From the NCBI GenBank assembly GCA_050084515.1, contig CM114271.1:33914001-33978000 (forward strand): a stretch of 64,000 bases of DNA. The letters are read 5' to 3'. Both the position numbers and the translations under genes were made by a program. This document shows, piece after piece, positions 39,230 to 53,187 of the stretch (its first letter is position 1; each line of letters begins with the position of its first letter). Below the pieces are notes generated by a model that worked only from the letters and a program-made list of their open reading frames with translations, was not told the origin of the DNA and did no database searches. This DNA comes from Blasia pusilla. Taxonomy: Eukaryota.

Positions 39230-40598
39230 TCTTGTAGTTGGGATTAGCATATGACGATGCAGTGACATAATTTTGAAGGCTAGTTTTTACTTTCAAGGGT
39301 TATTTTTATGGGAGCAATCATCGGCTATGTTATTGCCAATGTATGTCTTACACTCTATGTAGAGATTTTTGAGGATTTTTATTACCATCTTGATGGAGTT
39401 GGAAATTTGTAAACATTCTTTACTATGATTTTAATTCAATTTTGTAATAAGAAGTATTTTTATTTTGAACATTCATTATATATAGATTCCAATACTTCAT
39501 GGAGATTTTCAACCAGAAATGTTTTAATTTCTACCAGTTTTCTTCAATGTTTGAATCATATGAAAAAATCTAATTCTTTCAAATTTAAAATTGATTTTAT
39601 TTTAACCTCTCAATTATGGATTTGATGATGAACATGCCCTATTGTGTGAGGAATTTTCAATGTTTGGTTTGTAGAATTTTACAATATGATTTCAGTCTTG
39701 GGAGGTTAGATTGCGTGTTCAAATTAATTGATAATTACATCATGCACAACAAGTATGCCGCCCGTGATGGATGGTGGGAATAATTTGAAATTATCAAAAA
39801 AATTATTAAAAATTAAATTGGGAAATCTCCAAGGTTGGATGTGGAGAAAGTTCGTGTCCATGGACTTATGTCTGTCTTATGGAAGGACTTGTCCGAATGG
39901 GCCCGATATTTCCCTTTCTCATTCCCCTTACTTGCCTTCATATTTCATACTCCCTCCACCTCCACTCGCTCTTCCCTCATTGCTCCTTTCATCCTTGCCT
40001 TGCCTTCCATCATGGACTAAAAATGTGAGTCCCACCTCTTGGAACCCATGTCTGTGGACATGTCTAGATTTGTCCATCCTAAGGAAGGACCCGTCTGTTT
40101 TTGTGCAACCATGGGAATCTTCGAAAAATAAAGATGTAAAAGCATAAAGAGGAAATTTTGGTGTCATGAGGTTAAAAAAAATAGTAGTGTAGGAGTTGAG
40201 ATGTGGAGGAAAGGCAAGTGAGTAGAGCACTTAAGGTAGTGAAAATTCTCAGATATTTGATTGAAAATAGGTGGTGGAGCACTAAATTGAAAGAGAGGAG
40301 TGCAAATGTGTAGAAGAGATTAAAAATGTAAAGAGACATGTAGGAGATAAACTTAGGAGTGAAAAAAATTGGTATGGCAGAAAACATAAAGTTTAAGTAG
40401 AGAGATGGAAAGGTAGAAGATAAAAATGCAAGTGAAAAAGATGTGAAGATATTTTGATATGGAAAGATATGTTATAGTGTGGATATTGAGGTGTGTTGTA
40501 GTAAAAAAATTGGTGTTGTTTATAGAAGTGAAAAAGTTTAAAGTAATGTGTAGGATGAGATGCAAAGTGCAAAGTTGAAATGAAAATGGTGTTGGCCA

Positions 40599-41246
40599 TG
40601 TCTTGTACGCATACAAATCGTTACACAACGGACATCGCTGTCATCGAACACACACACAAACACGCACAATCCCATGCTAACTCATGGCATCCAAAAAACG
40701 AGACAAGAAGTACCAAAATATCTCTAATTAAAATAAGATCCGATCTCTCTTACAATACCATAGTTCTCACATGTGTGCACTCTCACATGTCTCTCTCAAT
40801 GTCAAACCAAACCCACTCTCCTAATGAGAGGCTTAGATTACACACACAAGGAAAACAAGACCATAGTTCCGCCGCCTCATGCCAAGAGGTTCAACAAAGA
40901 GAGAATGAGCTCTCAAGCTCTCTCTCCTTGAGGTATACTCCTCCTCTCTCCCAAACTCTCTCCGTGATAACCTATGCTCTCAAGTCACCTCCTTGGCTCT
41001 TGACCTGATGTAGGAGGTCAAGGGCCACTTACCAAAAATATAAAGTTGATCATATACTCAAAATGTTACTTACCTAAAATAGTAAGTTCCTCAATATGGC
41101 TCCAAATGAGCCGAAACGAAGGGGAATCCTGCTCTCTCACGTTTCGCAGAGCCTCAGTAGGTCATCCCCGACCTATAGAGCATGTCCTCAACTACTCACG
41201 AAGACGTTCTACTAGATCTCACCGATCTATCCTAAAAGACCTGACA
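40599..41246. mobile_element. Solo-LTR-like insertion (family A, ~650 bp) nested in the Helitron
   Basis: TGTC...GACA termini; sharp composition change from the flanking purine-rich DNA; left end matches 1-78 (reverse complement). No clean TSD seen. Confidence 0.7.
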
Positions 41247-42263
41247 CATGTGAAAATATAAAATTCAATGAGAGTACTGATGGATATACTAGTGCAATGA
41301 ATGAATTAGAGAAAATTAGAAAAAAAATAGCCTTCAAGCATGCGGATCCATGAAGCAAGAGAAGGTATGAAAAAATTATAAGAGAAGGTGAATGGAGAGA
41401 TTAAAATATGGAAGCAAATGTATGAGCATTCGATGAAGATATAGTGTAGGTAAAAAGGAAGAGAAAGTATGAGATGTGATGGAATCATGTAAAAAATCGT
41501 ATGAAAGGACCAGACCGAAAGAAATGTACATAATAGGATAGTGAGAGTAATAAATGTTGAGAGGCCAATTGAATGATATGAGAAACAAAGATAAAGGAAT
41601 AGGGCAGAAGGGATGTATACAACAAAAAAGTTAAAGTAAAGGAGTATGAGAGAAGTTTGCTCTGTGGTGAAAGGAGAAATAGAATTGGAGATTTGCACAG
41701 ACCTGTTATGCTGCTGTAATGGAAGCGTGGAAAGTATAAGCAAGCAGCAAGAGAGAGAAAATTTATGAATAGGAAAGAAGAAAGTTTTTAACTTGAAGGA
41801 TATTTACAGTCGTCACAGAAGACAAAGATGGATATTGAAAGAGATTATGGAGTGATTAGGAATAAGAAAGAGAGGGAATAGAAGAAACGCAAAGTAGATA
41901 TGAGGCAAGTAGAATGATGGAAATGTGAAAAGAACATGTAGTATAAGCAAAGTAGGATAAAAAGAAGGAGGTATGCAATGCAGACATTTGTAATAGTGTG
42001 GTAGAAAATGTAGGAGAAAGAAAGTAAATGGCATGAAAGTATTAAGACATACATAAATATGAAAAATCAGTTGAAAGTTAAAGTGTTTAGTAGGTAAATT
42101 GCACTTTTGCTGTAGTTAAGAGTGGAACTCAATCATCATGGGAAATTCAGTGGTACGGTATTATCCCTGGAAATGCTGATAGATGAAAATGTGCTTGTAC
42201 GAAGAACAATACATTAATAGAATTAAAAAATAGAAGCTAATAAGTAGAAAGATGTAGAACTCT

Positions 42264-44281
42264 CTACTGACGTAGTACTAACTGAATTATATTGGCTTGC
42301 AAGGAAAGCCTTACGTTGGTAGCAATCATAGGTTGAATTTCAGCCAAGGAGTCTTTGAGGTATTTCGTGGCATCCTTCAACTTCTCAGTGTAGTGATGTA
42401 GAGTCTCCTTGTGATGATCAATCTTTTTATAAAGAGACGACAGAAGATCGTCACGCAAATTTAACTCGTTTTCCAATCTGCCAACTTCGGACTCGGCTTC
42501 ATAGATCTTCAACTCAACCTGTTCATGGAGTTGCATTGCAACATAGTTGGTGTTGTGGGAAGTAAAACGTTCAGAAGATGCACTCGCATGTCGAGCATTC
42601 CTGGATGGGTTTCTGTAGCTAACCTGCAAACATAATTTTGATGGAAAGGAGAAAATTAACAAGAAGTGTAGGAAAGACGTACTTGCAGAAACAATGAGAA
42701 GGCATTTGTAGTAGAAATAAAGCAGTTTATGAGTAGGGAAAGCAAGGACCAGATAGCAAAGAGCATATTTGCGCAATGCGTGAAAGTGGAATTGGTTCGT
42801 ATACGATGTATTAGATATAATGAGTAAAACATAGGGAAATAAGAGAAAAGGACAAGAAATTTATATTGAAATGTAGGGCAGAGAAAGAAAGATTGGATGA
42901 GAATATGAACATATATGAAGACAAGAAAAGAAGAAGAAAATTGCTATGAAGAGAAGACAAGGGGAAGGTAGATGAAGTACGCAAAAGCAAGGAAAAAAGT
43001 GGAATTGAATCTGAAATTTGGAATAGAAATTGTGGAAATATAAAGCCGTTCAGATTGAAAGCTGAATTATGAAAGAGGTGAAGTTAAATTTGCAAAGTTG
43101 AAATGTAGCATAGTGAAGTGAGAAGAGATGACCATGCACTTGCACATAAGCAAAAAAAAGTAGAGAGATTAGTGGAAACTAGATCATGGATAGAAAGAAC
43201 AGACAAAAGAAATGGAAATGGTAGAAGTGATTTGCATGGAAATGAGTGCAAAAAATAGATGGAGAGGAAAGTAATAAACTTGATTATATCATGAACATTT
43301 GCGCTTACTTGGTGAGTTCATCATATTGTTTTAATATATGGAGTTGTCTCTGGGTTTTGTGCTGAAGGCACTTCAAAATTTGGAAGGATGGGAATTATAT
43401 TGGGCATGCTCGAATCCTGAGGTGTGATGGGGACTTCTGGGAGATCACCATTAGTTTTCGCCAATTTCATGCGTGTAAGTAGATGTGAGGATTTGACTGA
43501 ACTAAGATCAATTAGCATGTGAAAGGATAGACGGAATTCATGGCAGAGTGGCCCGAACTGGTCTAGCTTGATCCCTCTTGATGCAAGTGAAAAAAGACGG
43601 TTGGCTTGAGTGCGTGTGAGAGTAGTTTCTTTGTAGTCATTTTTTAAAAATGTAAGAGCTTCTTGGTGCAGATGTGCAAAGTAAGAAGCCAGTATGAGTA
43701 GATGAGAAAAAAAATGGGAGCACGCACATACAAAGAAAGTGTGGAAAATAGGAAGAGAAGTGAACAAGAAAGAATGAAAAAATACGAGACTGGAGCATCC
43801 TTATTATGAAGACGGAACGTGTCGTTCCAATCCTGGCCTTGGGGAATCATTTTTTGAATTTTTCTGTTGGTTACCCAACATTCCCATAATGCAGGAACAA
43901 GACCAAGATTGTCACAAAATCTTATTTGGTTCGTAGTGGGTTGGACAAAACGTGGAGCTTGTACTTCTAGTATACTCTCGATGTCGTTAAGGATCATGGA
44001 GGAAAAGTCCATATAGCTTGTAGGAACTTGTTGGCTGGGAGTTAGAAATAATAAGATAGGAAAATGGAGTGAGGTTGGAAAGTAAGTTGAATTACGTGAG
44101 ATCGGGCTGGAGGCAAATCAACATGATGAGGAGGCGATAGGTCAGGCTGATTGTCATTTGATGGAACAATAGATGTCCCAGCCTGTTGCATCTGCTGCAT
44201 GTAAGATATAGTGGGTGGTATATTTTTTCCTCCAATGACCTTCTTATCCCTGATCCTGGAGGTGCTATCAGTTGACGCCAT
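42264..44281 (-). pseudogene. Helitron-borne spliced gene of unknown function with a coiled-coil exon
   Basis: Exon-like open segments MASTDSTSRIRDKK... (44281), MDFSSMILNDIESIL...WECWVTNRK, EALTFLKNDYKE..., and QLHEQVELKIYEAESEVGRLENELNLRDDLLSSLYKK (42315-42623, acceptor tttgcag). Separated by pyrimidine-rich intron-like DNA. Confidence 0.55.
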
Positions 44282-44333
44282 TATGTATGAGGAACAAAGT
44301 TGTAGTAAAAGTAGAGAGTGAAAGTAAAACTTG

Positions 44334-47300
44334 CTATCCATATGTTACAAAATCATAAGATTGGAGGATACAAAGTATCCAAAGTTGACATCTAGTACGG
44401 ACAGGTGAGAGCATGACATAAACCATACATGGCCCAAAAGCAGACTTGATGACAACGAGGCATTTTCCATGTATAGTTGAGCCTTGACTTTTGTGTGCAG
44501 TGAGTGCATAGCCAAGAGACAAAGGGAAAGTTTTTTTGCTATATTTTTGGTCAAAACTATACGGTAGAATAGCTTAGTTGGACCTAGTGATGCCAAGTGT
44601 GTGGCTTGACAAACGTATATGCACAAAGATAGTAGAAATATCATCATCTACACAGTAAATATCTACTACATTAGTAGTGGCACCATTAGCAGCATGTACC
44701 TTCAATTTTATATTACAAGTAAGCATTACCTTGCACCCTATTGCAATGAAGGGTATTTGATGAAAATCTGGATCTTGTAGAAAGTCAAGGAACTCAAGAG
44801 ACGGAGCATCTGAGAAGACTTGCATGTTGACTATAGAGGCACTTCCAAATAGATGTATGAGGGCTATATTATTGAAAAATTGAGCATCAGATCGATGAGA
44901 GCATATTATGGTGGTGTTATCTGTAATGAAGTCTACTACGGTAACAAAAGAATCCTTAAAGCAGTCATGAATTTCTTGAGTAGAAGGTAATTTGGTTCTG
45001 ATATCAGTAAGGAACCTCAAGTATGGTAAGTCGTCTGCATGCCTCGTAGGAGGTAGTAACTCATATGTTGTAGCATCATTGAGAAATAAAGATGATGATA
45101 AGTGGTAAATATGGAAAATGTCATGAAATTTTTGGGAACATATAGGGGGAGGTTGACACATATTACCAACAAGGATGATAAATTTGGAACGGAAGGGCTT
45201 ATTACCCTTGCATGGAGCGCATTCATTGAGTCTCATGGCGATAATCTAAAGAAGGCATGGTGTTAACATTGAACATTTTTCAATAATGATAACATTGGCT
45301 TTGCTGAGGTTCATGCAATTATCTGATGTAACTTGAAGTTGAACAATATCACCGCGAACTGGGATAGAAAATGCACAGTGGACTGTTGTAGCTGTAGGAT
45401 GTAAGCGTATTGCAACTATTTTTTGGTGGCTGTTAGTAGAGTGGTCATACCTATAGATTCCCAATATTTCTGCATAAGTGTTATGAAAAAAGACTTACCC
45501 CAACCGGGAGCTCCCTTTAGAAGAATTAAGCCATTTTGAACATGTATGAGTTTCAAGTATAAGTCCATTTGCTCAAGATTGAGAATAGATATGTAAGGTG
45601 GGCAAAGCTGGCCTTGTGGATCGTCTACTGTAGAATTTGGAGGTGGAGTAGGGTTAGAAAGTAAAACGTGCAAATCAAGATGTAGGTAAGGCTCAAGAAT
45701 ATTATTTTCTTTAGCAAGTATTTTAGCGGTATATATCTGGCTCCATAGGTTCTGAGTTGCATGTTTTGTGATGCATTGTTTTATGTCCTCAATATTAGAT
45801 ATTATACCACGGTGTAGGCATTCATGCAAGTAAGTCCAATGAGAAGAGGCAGAGGATAGTAAACAATGTTATGTTCTAAATGGAAATGTTTGTATCAAGA
45901 TCGAATGGAAGAATTCATTCCATTGGTGGAGTGGGTGGAATTGTGTAAACCTAATGCTTTTGGATGATTTACAAAAAAAATTCCCTAGAGAGTCCAAGCC
46001 TACAAGTCTATCCAAGTTTGACTTGGTTTGAGATCTGAAAACCTCATGATCTGTCCAATACATATAAAAAGTGTGGTCTTCTAGGCAATCAGGTGTGTTG
46101 GAGTAGAGTGTGACAGGATGTATGTAAGGCAATGCTGCATTTTTATATAAAGAAGTTTGACAAGAGGGAGGGTTAGAATCTATATATTTGATAGATTGAG
46201 AGCGGAAGATAATTGGAATTTCTAGGGTTGTGAGAGCAGCTTCAGTCGATGGTACAGATCTATTGAGTACTAGCCCAGACACAAGTTTGAGACGTGTTTC
46301 ATCTAATCCTTCTAGGCCAAGATAATGGGCAGATTCAGTGACTAAATCAAGAGATCCAGTTGGTTTAGACTTTAGAGCATACTTAAGCAAGTAGAAAGAT
46401 CTGTCTGTATTAGTGACACGCTGAATGTTCATATGGGCACCCCACAGAAGAAAAATAAGAGGATGGTATGGAATGGCATTCCTATGTTCAGTAGTAGGTT
46501 TGTAGTATGTCCAACGCAAAGTTTTAGGGTGAATGAAAGGAATTGGTAAAGTATTGACATTAGCTGGAAAGCCCATGCGACAGAAAAGTCGCTGGTCTTT
46601 TCTTTTACGTATTATGCAAACACCATCCTTAAATTTGTGAAGCTATTTATTAATAACATATGTTCATAAACGGGATGAACATGTGGAAGAATTGAGTGGA
46701 AGTGACTCAGATGTAGGAGAATGTGGTGAATCTGGAATATAGGCACATATTTCAGAGGTAAATCGGTCAATATCCTTATCCTCAACCCAAAATATTATAT
46801 TTATATGACAGTGTAAGCTACCCCTGCCTTGCATCTCATATGTGATGATGTAGTGTTCTATTTTGCCAAGAACACATGGGCCGGAAAAAATGAATTGAGC
46901 CAAAAATGTGTGGAGGCATGTGTGAAACAGTTTGGCACACTATGTGGGTGAATCTCTCTATGTAAAGGTTGGGTTAAATTTATGGAGTATTTTTTCAATA
47001 TCAAAGATTTATATCCATTGAGTGTCAAAAAGTTCTTCAGAAGTAAGTGTTAAAAAGAAATGTGGCATGCCTAGACGGTGAACCATGGCTTTTAAGTCAC
47101 GTAGATGATGCCTATGCCAAGTAGGGCTGCCTGGAATCTCAGGACTTGATGAATGTTAAAATAAGTAGTAGTAGAGATCTTCCTTAGGAAGATCAGGATG
47201 ATCTTTTCTTAATCTTTCTAAGTCTTTTTGCAAGATAAATGAACGGGCAGTGGAACATAGTGAAATAGATTGACGGAGTTGGTGCATAATAAGAGCAAAA

Positions 47301-47425
47301 GGCTTATAAAATAACAAGACCCTAAATAATTGTGTAGTCCTTGATTTCATGTATTCATGAAAAGATTGCACACCAGTGTAGTAACCCCTTGTTGGCCCTC
47401 TTGTTGGGTAGACGTAAAAATCCAA
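44334..47425 (-). pseudogene. Helitron RepHel (HUH Rep endonuclease plus PIF1-like SF1 helicase), frameshifted
   Basis: Rep: IPGSP..DLKAMV..LGMPHFFLTLT; YEMQGRGSLHCH..W (HUH); CRMGFP; YHP...WGAHMNIQ...YLLKYALK. Helicase: GAPGWGKS (Walker A); TVHCAF; IIIEKCSM; LVGNMCQPPP; GCKVMLTCN; LGYALTAHKSQG...YVMLS. Confidence 0.95.
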
Positions 47426-50400
47426 TCATGCACGAAGGGCCTTCAAATTAAACACGTGGGAGAGGTAAACCACACATTAGATCACTAATTAGAAGGCTTG
47501 TCATGGGGCGAGTTCTAGTCCGTTATAAAACAATCCTATAGTGAGAATTAGTCCATGTAATACTTTTAGCCACGTGGACACAGCCTCGGGTGATAATGTA
47601 GAATGGAGAGATACAAGAGGCGGCAGAAGACACGCTTTTAAACCGAGCCTACTTGTATAGGCCGTAACTATGAAAATGCAATGTTGTTGAGAGTGTAAGA
47701 AATGACTCTTCAAGGAGATAATGCCACATAAAAAACCTTTTTTAGTATTTTAGAGAACTACCATAAGTGCTATTATTGAAATAAACCTACTCTCAAACTA
47801 GAATTGAAACAACGAAACCCACTCTCATTGTCACTAAAACTACTTATAAAAAAAATAATACTAATATCACATTGTAAGAATGTTTCCAAAGATGATCCAT
47901 GTGTCATATAATACAACTAGACCAAGTCTTTAAATCAACTAAGTTTCATGACGGGAAATCGACATATGTGGGAAAGGCCGCCCATGACATGCCAATCCTG
48001 TTGATCATTTTTGCACCATGGGTTCTAAGTAGGGCATATCAACTCAAATTTGTACAAATAGGTTTCCTTGACTTAGATGCCAAAAGGATATGGTGAATAT
48101 TTGCAAAGACCTTTCCACATCACGACACAAGGAGTTTAGCTAAGAGATTGAGGACCCAAAACCTCCATCGATTGATGTATGAAATGATATCCATATCAAT
48201 GTATGGGTTGAGATCACATGATCTTAGGGTAGCCATAGATTAGTTTTTGAATTATTTGAGGTAACGCCTAACTCTACTGGGGCATCCAATAAATGAGGAG
48301 CTTGAATGTTCATGGAATCGTAGGGAAACTAAGATCCTTTTCTTACCTAGTTTGGATATTCATGGATAGACGAGTGTGTAGCCCGGAGATGGAGGTTATC
48401 ACATGCTCGGAGAGGGTCTTTCTTCCTTCATTCATGATCGGGCATAGTCATTGGCTCATCCATTTTTCTAGAGAGGTTGGGATTGTCAGACTTGTGTATT
48501 GTAGATGGTAGAATTTTATGAAGCGTTACGTGGGTTGAGAAAAAGGCTTGATCTGAAACCAAGCTCGAGTAGAGGGCAGAATGGAAGAGTGTTACGTTTA
48601 TCCACTCAAGAAATGGGTTGTCTTTAGATCCCAGGCTCTCATATCGTAGACAACCGGTTTCGATTGCTCTTCCACTTGTACAAGCCAATGGAGCCATGGG
48701 TTGGGCAATGACTATGTGAGACGCCACAACTAGAGGTCTTGTTGGTTGTGATGTTCCTTCAAATCTCATCGATTTTTTTTTTTTTAATGTTTTGATGAGC
48801 TTAGATTATAAGAGGTTTTCCCTTTTTTTCCTTCATCCAAGGTTGGACGTGGCCTCGGTGTTCCACGACTCCTTGTATTTTCAGTAGGTTCCCCCATCTT
48901 CTATTCATCTATTTTATTTCTCCTTGGATTCGGAGGCATGGTGATGCCACTAGAGGCTCTCTCGGTGGTAGTCATGTTTCTTTCAAGTGTAGTTGATATC
49001 ATTTCTTATGCGGGCCAGTTTAGCTTGTATGGGGGCTCTCCCCTTTTCCTTTGCCCTCTCATGTGGGCCAGGTGTTTACTACTTTTTGAGTTTCCCTTTT
49101 TGTAATTCCCATGCTTTCCCCATCTCCTTTTATTTAGGTCTTGTTTCTCTTACATCTATTGGTGCTATATCCATCACCCTATCTATTTTACTCGTCACAC
49201 TCTTTTCCCCTATCCTAAAATGAACAAAATCGGGAAAGAGAAAAAGATCCTATATATCCTAAACGGTATGGGAGAAATGATTAGTGGAAAACATCTTCAC
49301 TCTCCGGAGAGATCTGAGGAGCAGTATAGAACGGAATAGATACATTTTCTGACAACATCTCAGGCCCGAGGCCCTGAGATGGTGACCTACACTCCATTCG
49401 TTAGCGTGTAATTGGGCAGCAGCGGGGGTGATAATAATAATATCTATGGAAGTAGTTTGGTCGAGTCGTGGCCCGTCGATCGTGGTGCACAGGTGACGTT
49501 GGACCCTCGATCGCTCTTACGTAATTGATACAGAAGGATAAACTTAGAAAAGACAACTAATTGATTCTATACTTCGTAAAACAGTCAGTTTTGTACTGCT
49601 GAATACGCTGCGGTGCGGCTTGTAGGGCCCGCCGGGGCGCAATCAAGGCTGCCGAAGAAAACCTGTAAACCCTTCAGGTGGGCTCTATATTTAATATTCA
49701 TTTTCGACCAGAGGCAGGCGGACAGGCGGACCGACCGACCGACCGACCGCCCTCCCTCGGTAAAGGCCGCAGTTTTTCACGTCTTTTTCTTTCTCCCCTG
49801 CGCCGGAAGAGGAGAAAAGGGTACCGCGCGTGGGGATGGGCTGCCCTGGACATATGGCGGCTCCCCCAATTTGATGCCGTCGGACTGGAGCCTCGAGCCG
49901 GTGGCGTGCGAAGGGAAAGGTCCCTATTTTGGAGTCGGAAACGAAAGAAATCGTATCTGGCGCCACGCGGAAGAGAAGCGCTGATTAGGGTTGGATCCGC
50001 TCACCATCCGTCCCTGTTTTTTTTTTTTTTCTTTTTTTGTTTTGAGAGAATGATGCACTTCGATAAAAACGTGTGATGGAAAACCCATCGGAAGTACGAA
50101 AGAGAACCATCCCTGTTTCCGAACCCGGAACGAAAGTCCCCTACGCTTGGAAATAATAATATATGTAGAAATAGAAAATAGGATGGGAAACCCATCAGGA
50201 TAGAGAAGGGCCAAAACCGGCCCCGAGGAGCCTTCCCCCCTAAGCGCTGAGGGTCGTACTCTGCCGCAGGAAAGTTCCGTGTTGTGGAGCTAGAAACAAA
50301 ACCGCCTCTGGCGCAACTCGGAAGCGAACCATCCAGGGCTCTATCCCCTCGTCCTCGTCCTCCCGATCTCGAGGTCTTAAGAGAAGGCAAGTTCACTGTT

Positions 50401-51481
50401 TCCGAACCCGCCAAAAAACAAAACTGCGTCTGGCTCAACGTGGAAGAGGAGCCAGCATGTTCTATCAACTCGAGAAGGAAAGTTGCCTCTTTCCGACGTC
50501 TCGAGGAGAAGGAAAGTTGGCTCTTTCCGCGCCATGTACTCAATTTGGAAGAGAGAGAGAGAGAGAAAAACATTCAGGTTGTATATCCGTCCTCTAGATA
50601 AAAGATACATAGATAGATACCGCCTCGCGAGCGCAATGGTGGATTCGTTCACACCGCGTCCCGAGGGTAAGCATATAGGTCTCATATGCTCACTGTTACT
50701 CTGGTCGAAAGCTAGCTTCTTGGGAGGAGTTCGTCAGTTCCAATGAGGACATAAAGCACTCCATTTGTAAGAACTGTAGCAAACAAAAGCTGTTCAACTC
50801 TAACTACAGCACCGAATTAAACTCCGGTTAAAACCCTTGGATTTTCGTGGGGCCCACGGAGAGTGAGATTCTCGAGAGCGGAACGAAGGACACGTTACAG
50901 GACACGGAATCAAAACGGAAGTGGATCGCAGCCCGCCAATGGAGCGCAGTTGTTTTTTCCATCGAGTCTTTGATCGATTGATTGACTGTGGAAGGCTTCG
51001 ACAGGCTAACAAGTTTCTTTCGACCGATGAATAATTATTTTCCACATGCGTCAAAAAGAGAGTAGAATCTCGAATAGGGAGCAAAAGTGCACCGATCTAG
51101 ATGACGGCTTTCCCCGTAAAATGAAACGACGAAACGAGTGCGAAGACGGAGGAGGGTGAGCTAGACAAACTGAGAAAGCAGCGGTTGTGGACTTCTATTA
51201 CGGAGCGGTCTTGAAACTTCCAAACGAATCTGAGACGTCCTCGTCAAGAACACCATGCGTAGCCCTTCGTGAGGTGCGGTTGATTCCATCGACCCCCTCC
51301 TAGTGCCGAGCGTTACCGGTCCGTCTTACCGACCGGTAGTAATCGAATGTGCCAAACGAGACGAGTGACGGGACCGAGGAGCGACGGACGGAGGGAAGGG
51401 GAATGAGGGAAAAGGGATGTTCACGGGATTCGAAGGGAGTTCCCGTAAACTAGCGATGAGCATCATCTCGTAGAGCTGGCT

Positions 51482-51500
51482 GGGGCGGGGCGGGGCGGGG
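51482..51500 (+). promoter_or_regulatory. (GGGGC)n GC-box array with G-quadruplex potential
   Basis: GGGG C GGGG C GGGG C GGGG in the CpG-rich region upstream of the TMEM131-like gene. Confidence 0.5.
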
Positions 51501-53151
51501 CGGACGTTTGACACCGAGATCTCACGGTCTGGCCGCCCCCTTCCCTCGGACGCTCACTACTACCTGTCCAAACGCTAGTAAGAGATCGTCGTCGACTCAC
51601 ACCCGCATACCGGAAGCCCGAGGTTCTCAACGGCTCCGCTCGCTTCGAGTCCTCACGAAGAAACGAAGCGGAGGAGGCGAACGGCTCCTCTCCTGTGCTC
51701 GCGCCCTCCCTCGGCTCCCGCTTGCTGTCAGCGGACCCGACCACAAAGTCATGCCTTTCGTGTTTATTTATGTCGCCATAAACGTGTCACGGCGCCGAGA
51801 ACAGCAGTAAAAATCTCCGGACGTGGTGCACTGTGCAGCCTCACTGTCCGCTTGCACTCAAACAAAACAAACGAACGAACGGAGCGGTGTGTGCGCGTGT
51901 GTGTATCCGTGATTCGGTGTGTTGTGAGGCGATAATTACCCAGAGCAAAACGCCACTCACTATCGCGTACCTTCAACTGTAGGGCGGATTCAAAAAACGT
52001 ACCGTATCACGAGACTTGGAAGTAGGAATACCAGTACCGTAGTTTGGAAGTTTGGAGGGAAAAGGACAGGCCTGGGCTTGAGGGAGTAGGTTGGAATTGA
52101 CCGGTAGGGCAGGTACCCCGAGCTCGCGTCTGGAGGCACTCTACTCTACCACTGCCCTAAACTATTACCGCGAGGACGAGAGGCGCAAGGGGGACATACG
52201 GGTGACCGGTAGCAGCGGGCCGACATGAAGGTGCGCGAAAAGCCACCGGGATGTGGTCCCGCTGGGGATGACAGCGTTATGTCCATTCATCACCCCAGCT
52301 GCGGTTGGGTTCATGGGCAGTCACCGGCGGCGTGCCCGGCGACGGCGATCGTATGGAGCGCCGTCCCGGGCCTGGATCAGCCCGCTAACAGATTGGATCT
52401 CAGCACGTGCTATATTTGGGGAATCTGTTACGTTAAAGGTTGGCGTTGCGTCATCGTGGTGGTAACGAGATAACGGGCGCTCGGGATTTCTACGTGGCGG
52501 ACTCCCAGTGAAGCAGGAGGGTCGTCGAGCTCGCCGTCATGACACTCCCGGCCCAGCAGCCAATGAGGTTTCAAAGGGCGCAGGCACACAGGGAGGGGGG
52601 CCGAAGGGATTACCCTAGGGGCGGATCGGAGCGGCGCCGAGGGGGAGGAAAGCGGTGCTCCAAGGGCGTGGGACATGGGCAAGGACATTCAATGCCCACA
52701 CGAGAGCACTTACTGCATTTTGTCATCCATCCCTTGCTTCGCCTGCCATGCATCCACGCTGCCTGGGATTGGATGTGGACCTACGATACTGTAGTCCAGC
52801 GCGGAGAGGGGTCACGGATGGATGGTGGCGGGACGCGGGTGTCGGTGTCCGAGGGGTAAGGGAGGCGCGGTTGAAGGGGAAGACGCGAAAGATAGATGTG
52901 AAAGAAGGCAGGCGGGGAAAGAAGGGCCGGTGGTTTGGCCTCCCAGAGTCCCGCGGCCCCAAGAGGAGAAAGTTGAAGGTTTCGACGGAAGGAACGAATG
53001 GAAGAGATCTCGTCGCAAGGAATCCTCAGCTCACCTCCGAAAACAATCAACGAACACAGGGCGAAGCACTGGAATGCGAGAGTGCTGAATCAAGCAAGGA
53101 AAAGTGGAGGGAAGCGGACTCACTCGTGTAGTGTGAGCGATTGATTCTGTG

Positions 53152-53187
53152 GAGAGAGAGAGAGATAGAGAGAGGGAGGAGTGAGTG

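Larger units (their letters stand above)
39750..47718 (-). mobile_element. Helitron (rolling-circle transposon), ~8 kb, inactivated
   Basis: RepHel pseudogene inside. Candidate 5' end A|TCTCC at 47718. Candidate 3' end: decayed hairpin (ccgcccgtgatggatgg, 39758-39774) then CTTG|T at 39750, not canonical CTRR. Termini less certain than the coding call. Confidence 0.7.

Noticed and set aside
47900-48770. Possible Gypsy gag/protease remnant on the minus strand (SIDGGFG)
   Set aside because: One weak motif only; too decayed to support a feature call.
50116-50345. RNase MRP-like GAAAGTCCCC motif at ~50132
   Set aside because: No matching downstream GGGGCTYA P4 partner and no type-3 promoter context; likely chance.
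50660-50710. miR156*-like tgctcactgttactct hairpin
   Set aside because: Stem too short and no miR156/529 guide arm.
49200-51400. Mitochondrial insertion or group II intron (GTGCG start at ~49613)
   Set aside because: No domain V/VI signature and no recognisable organellar gene.
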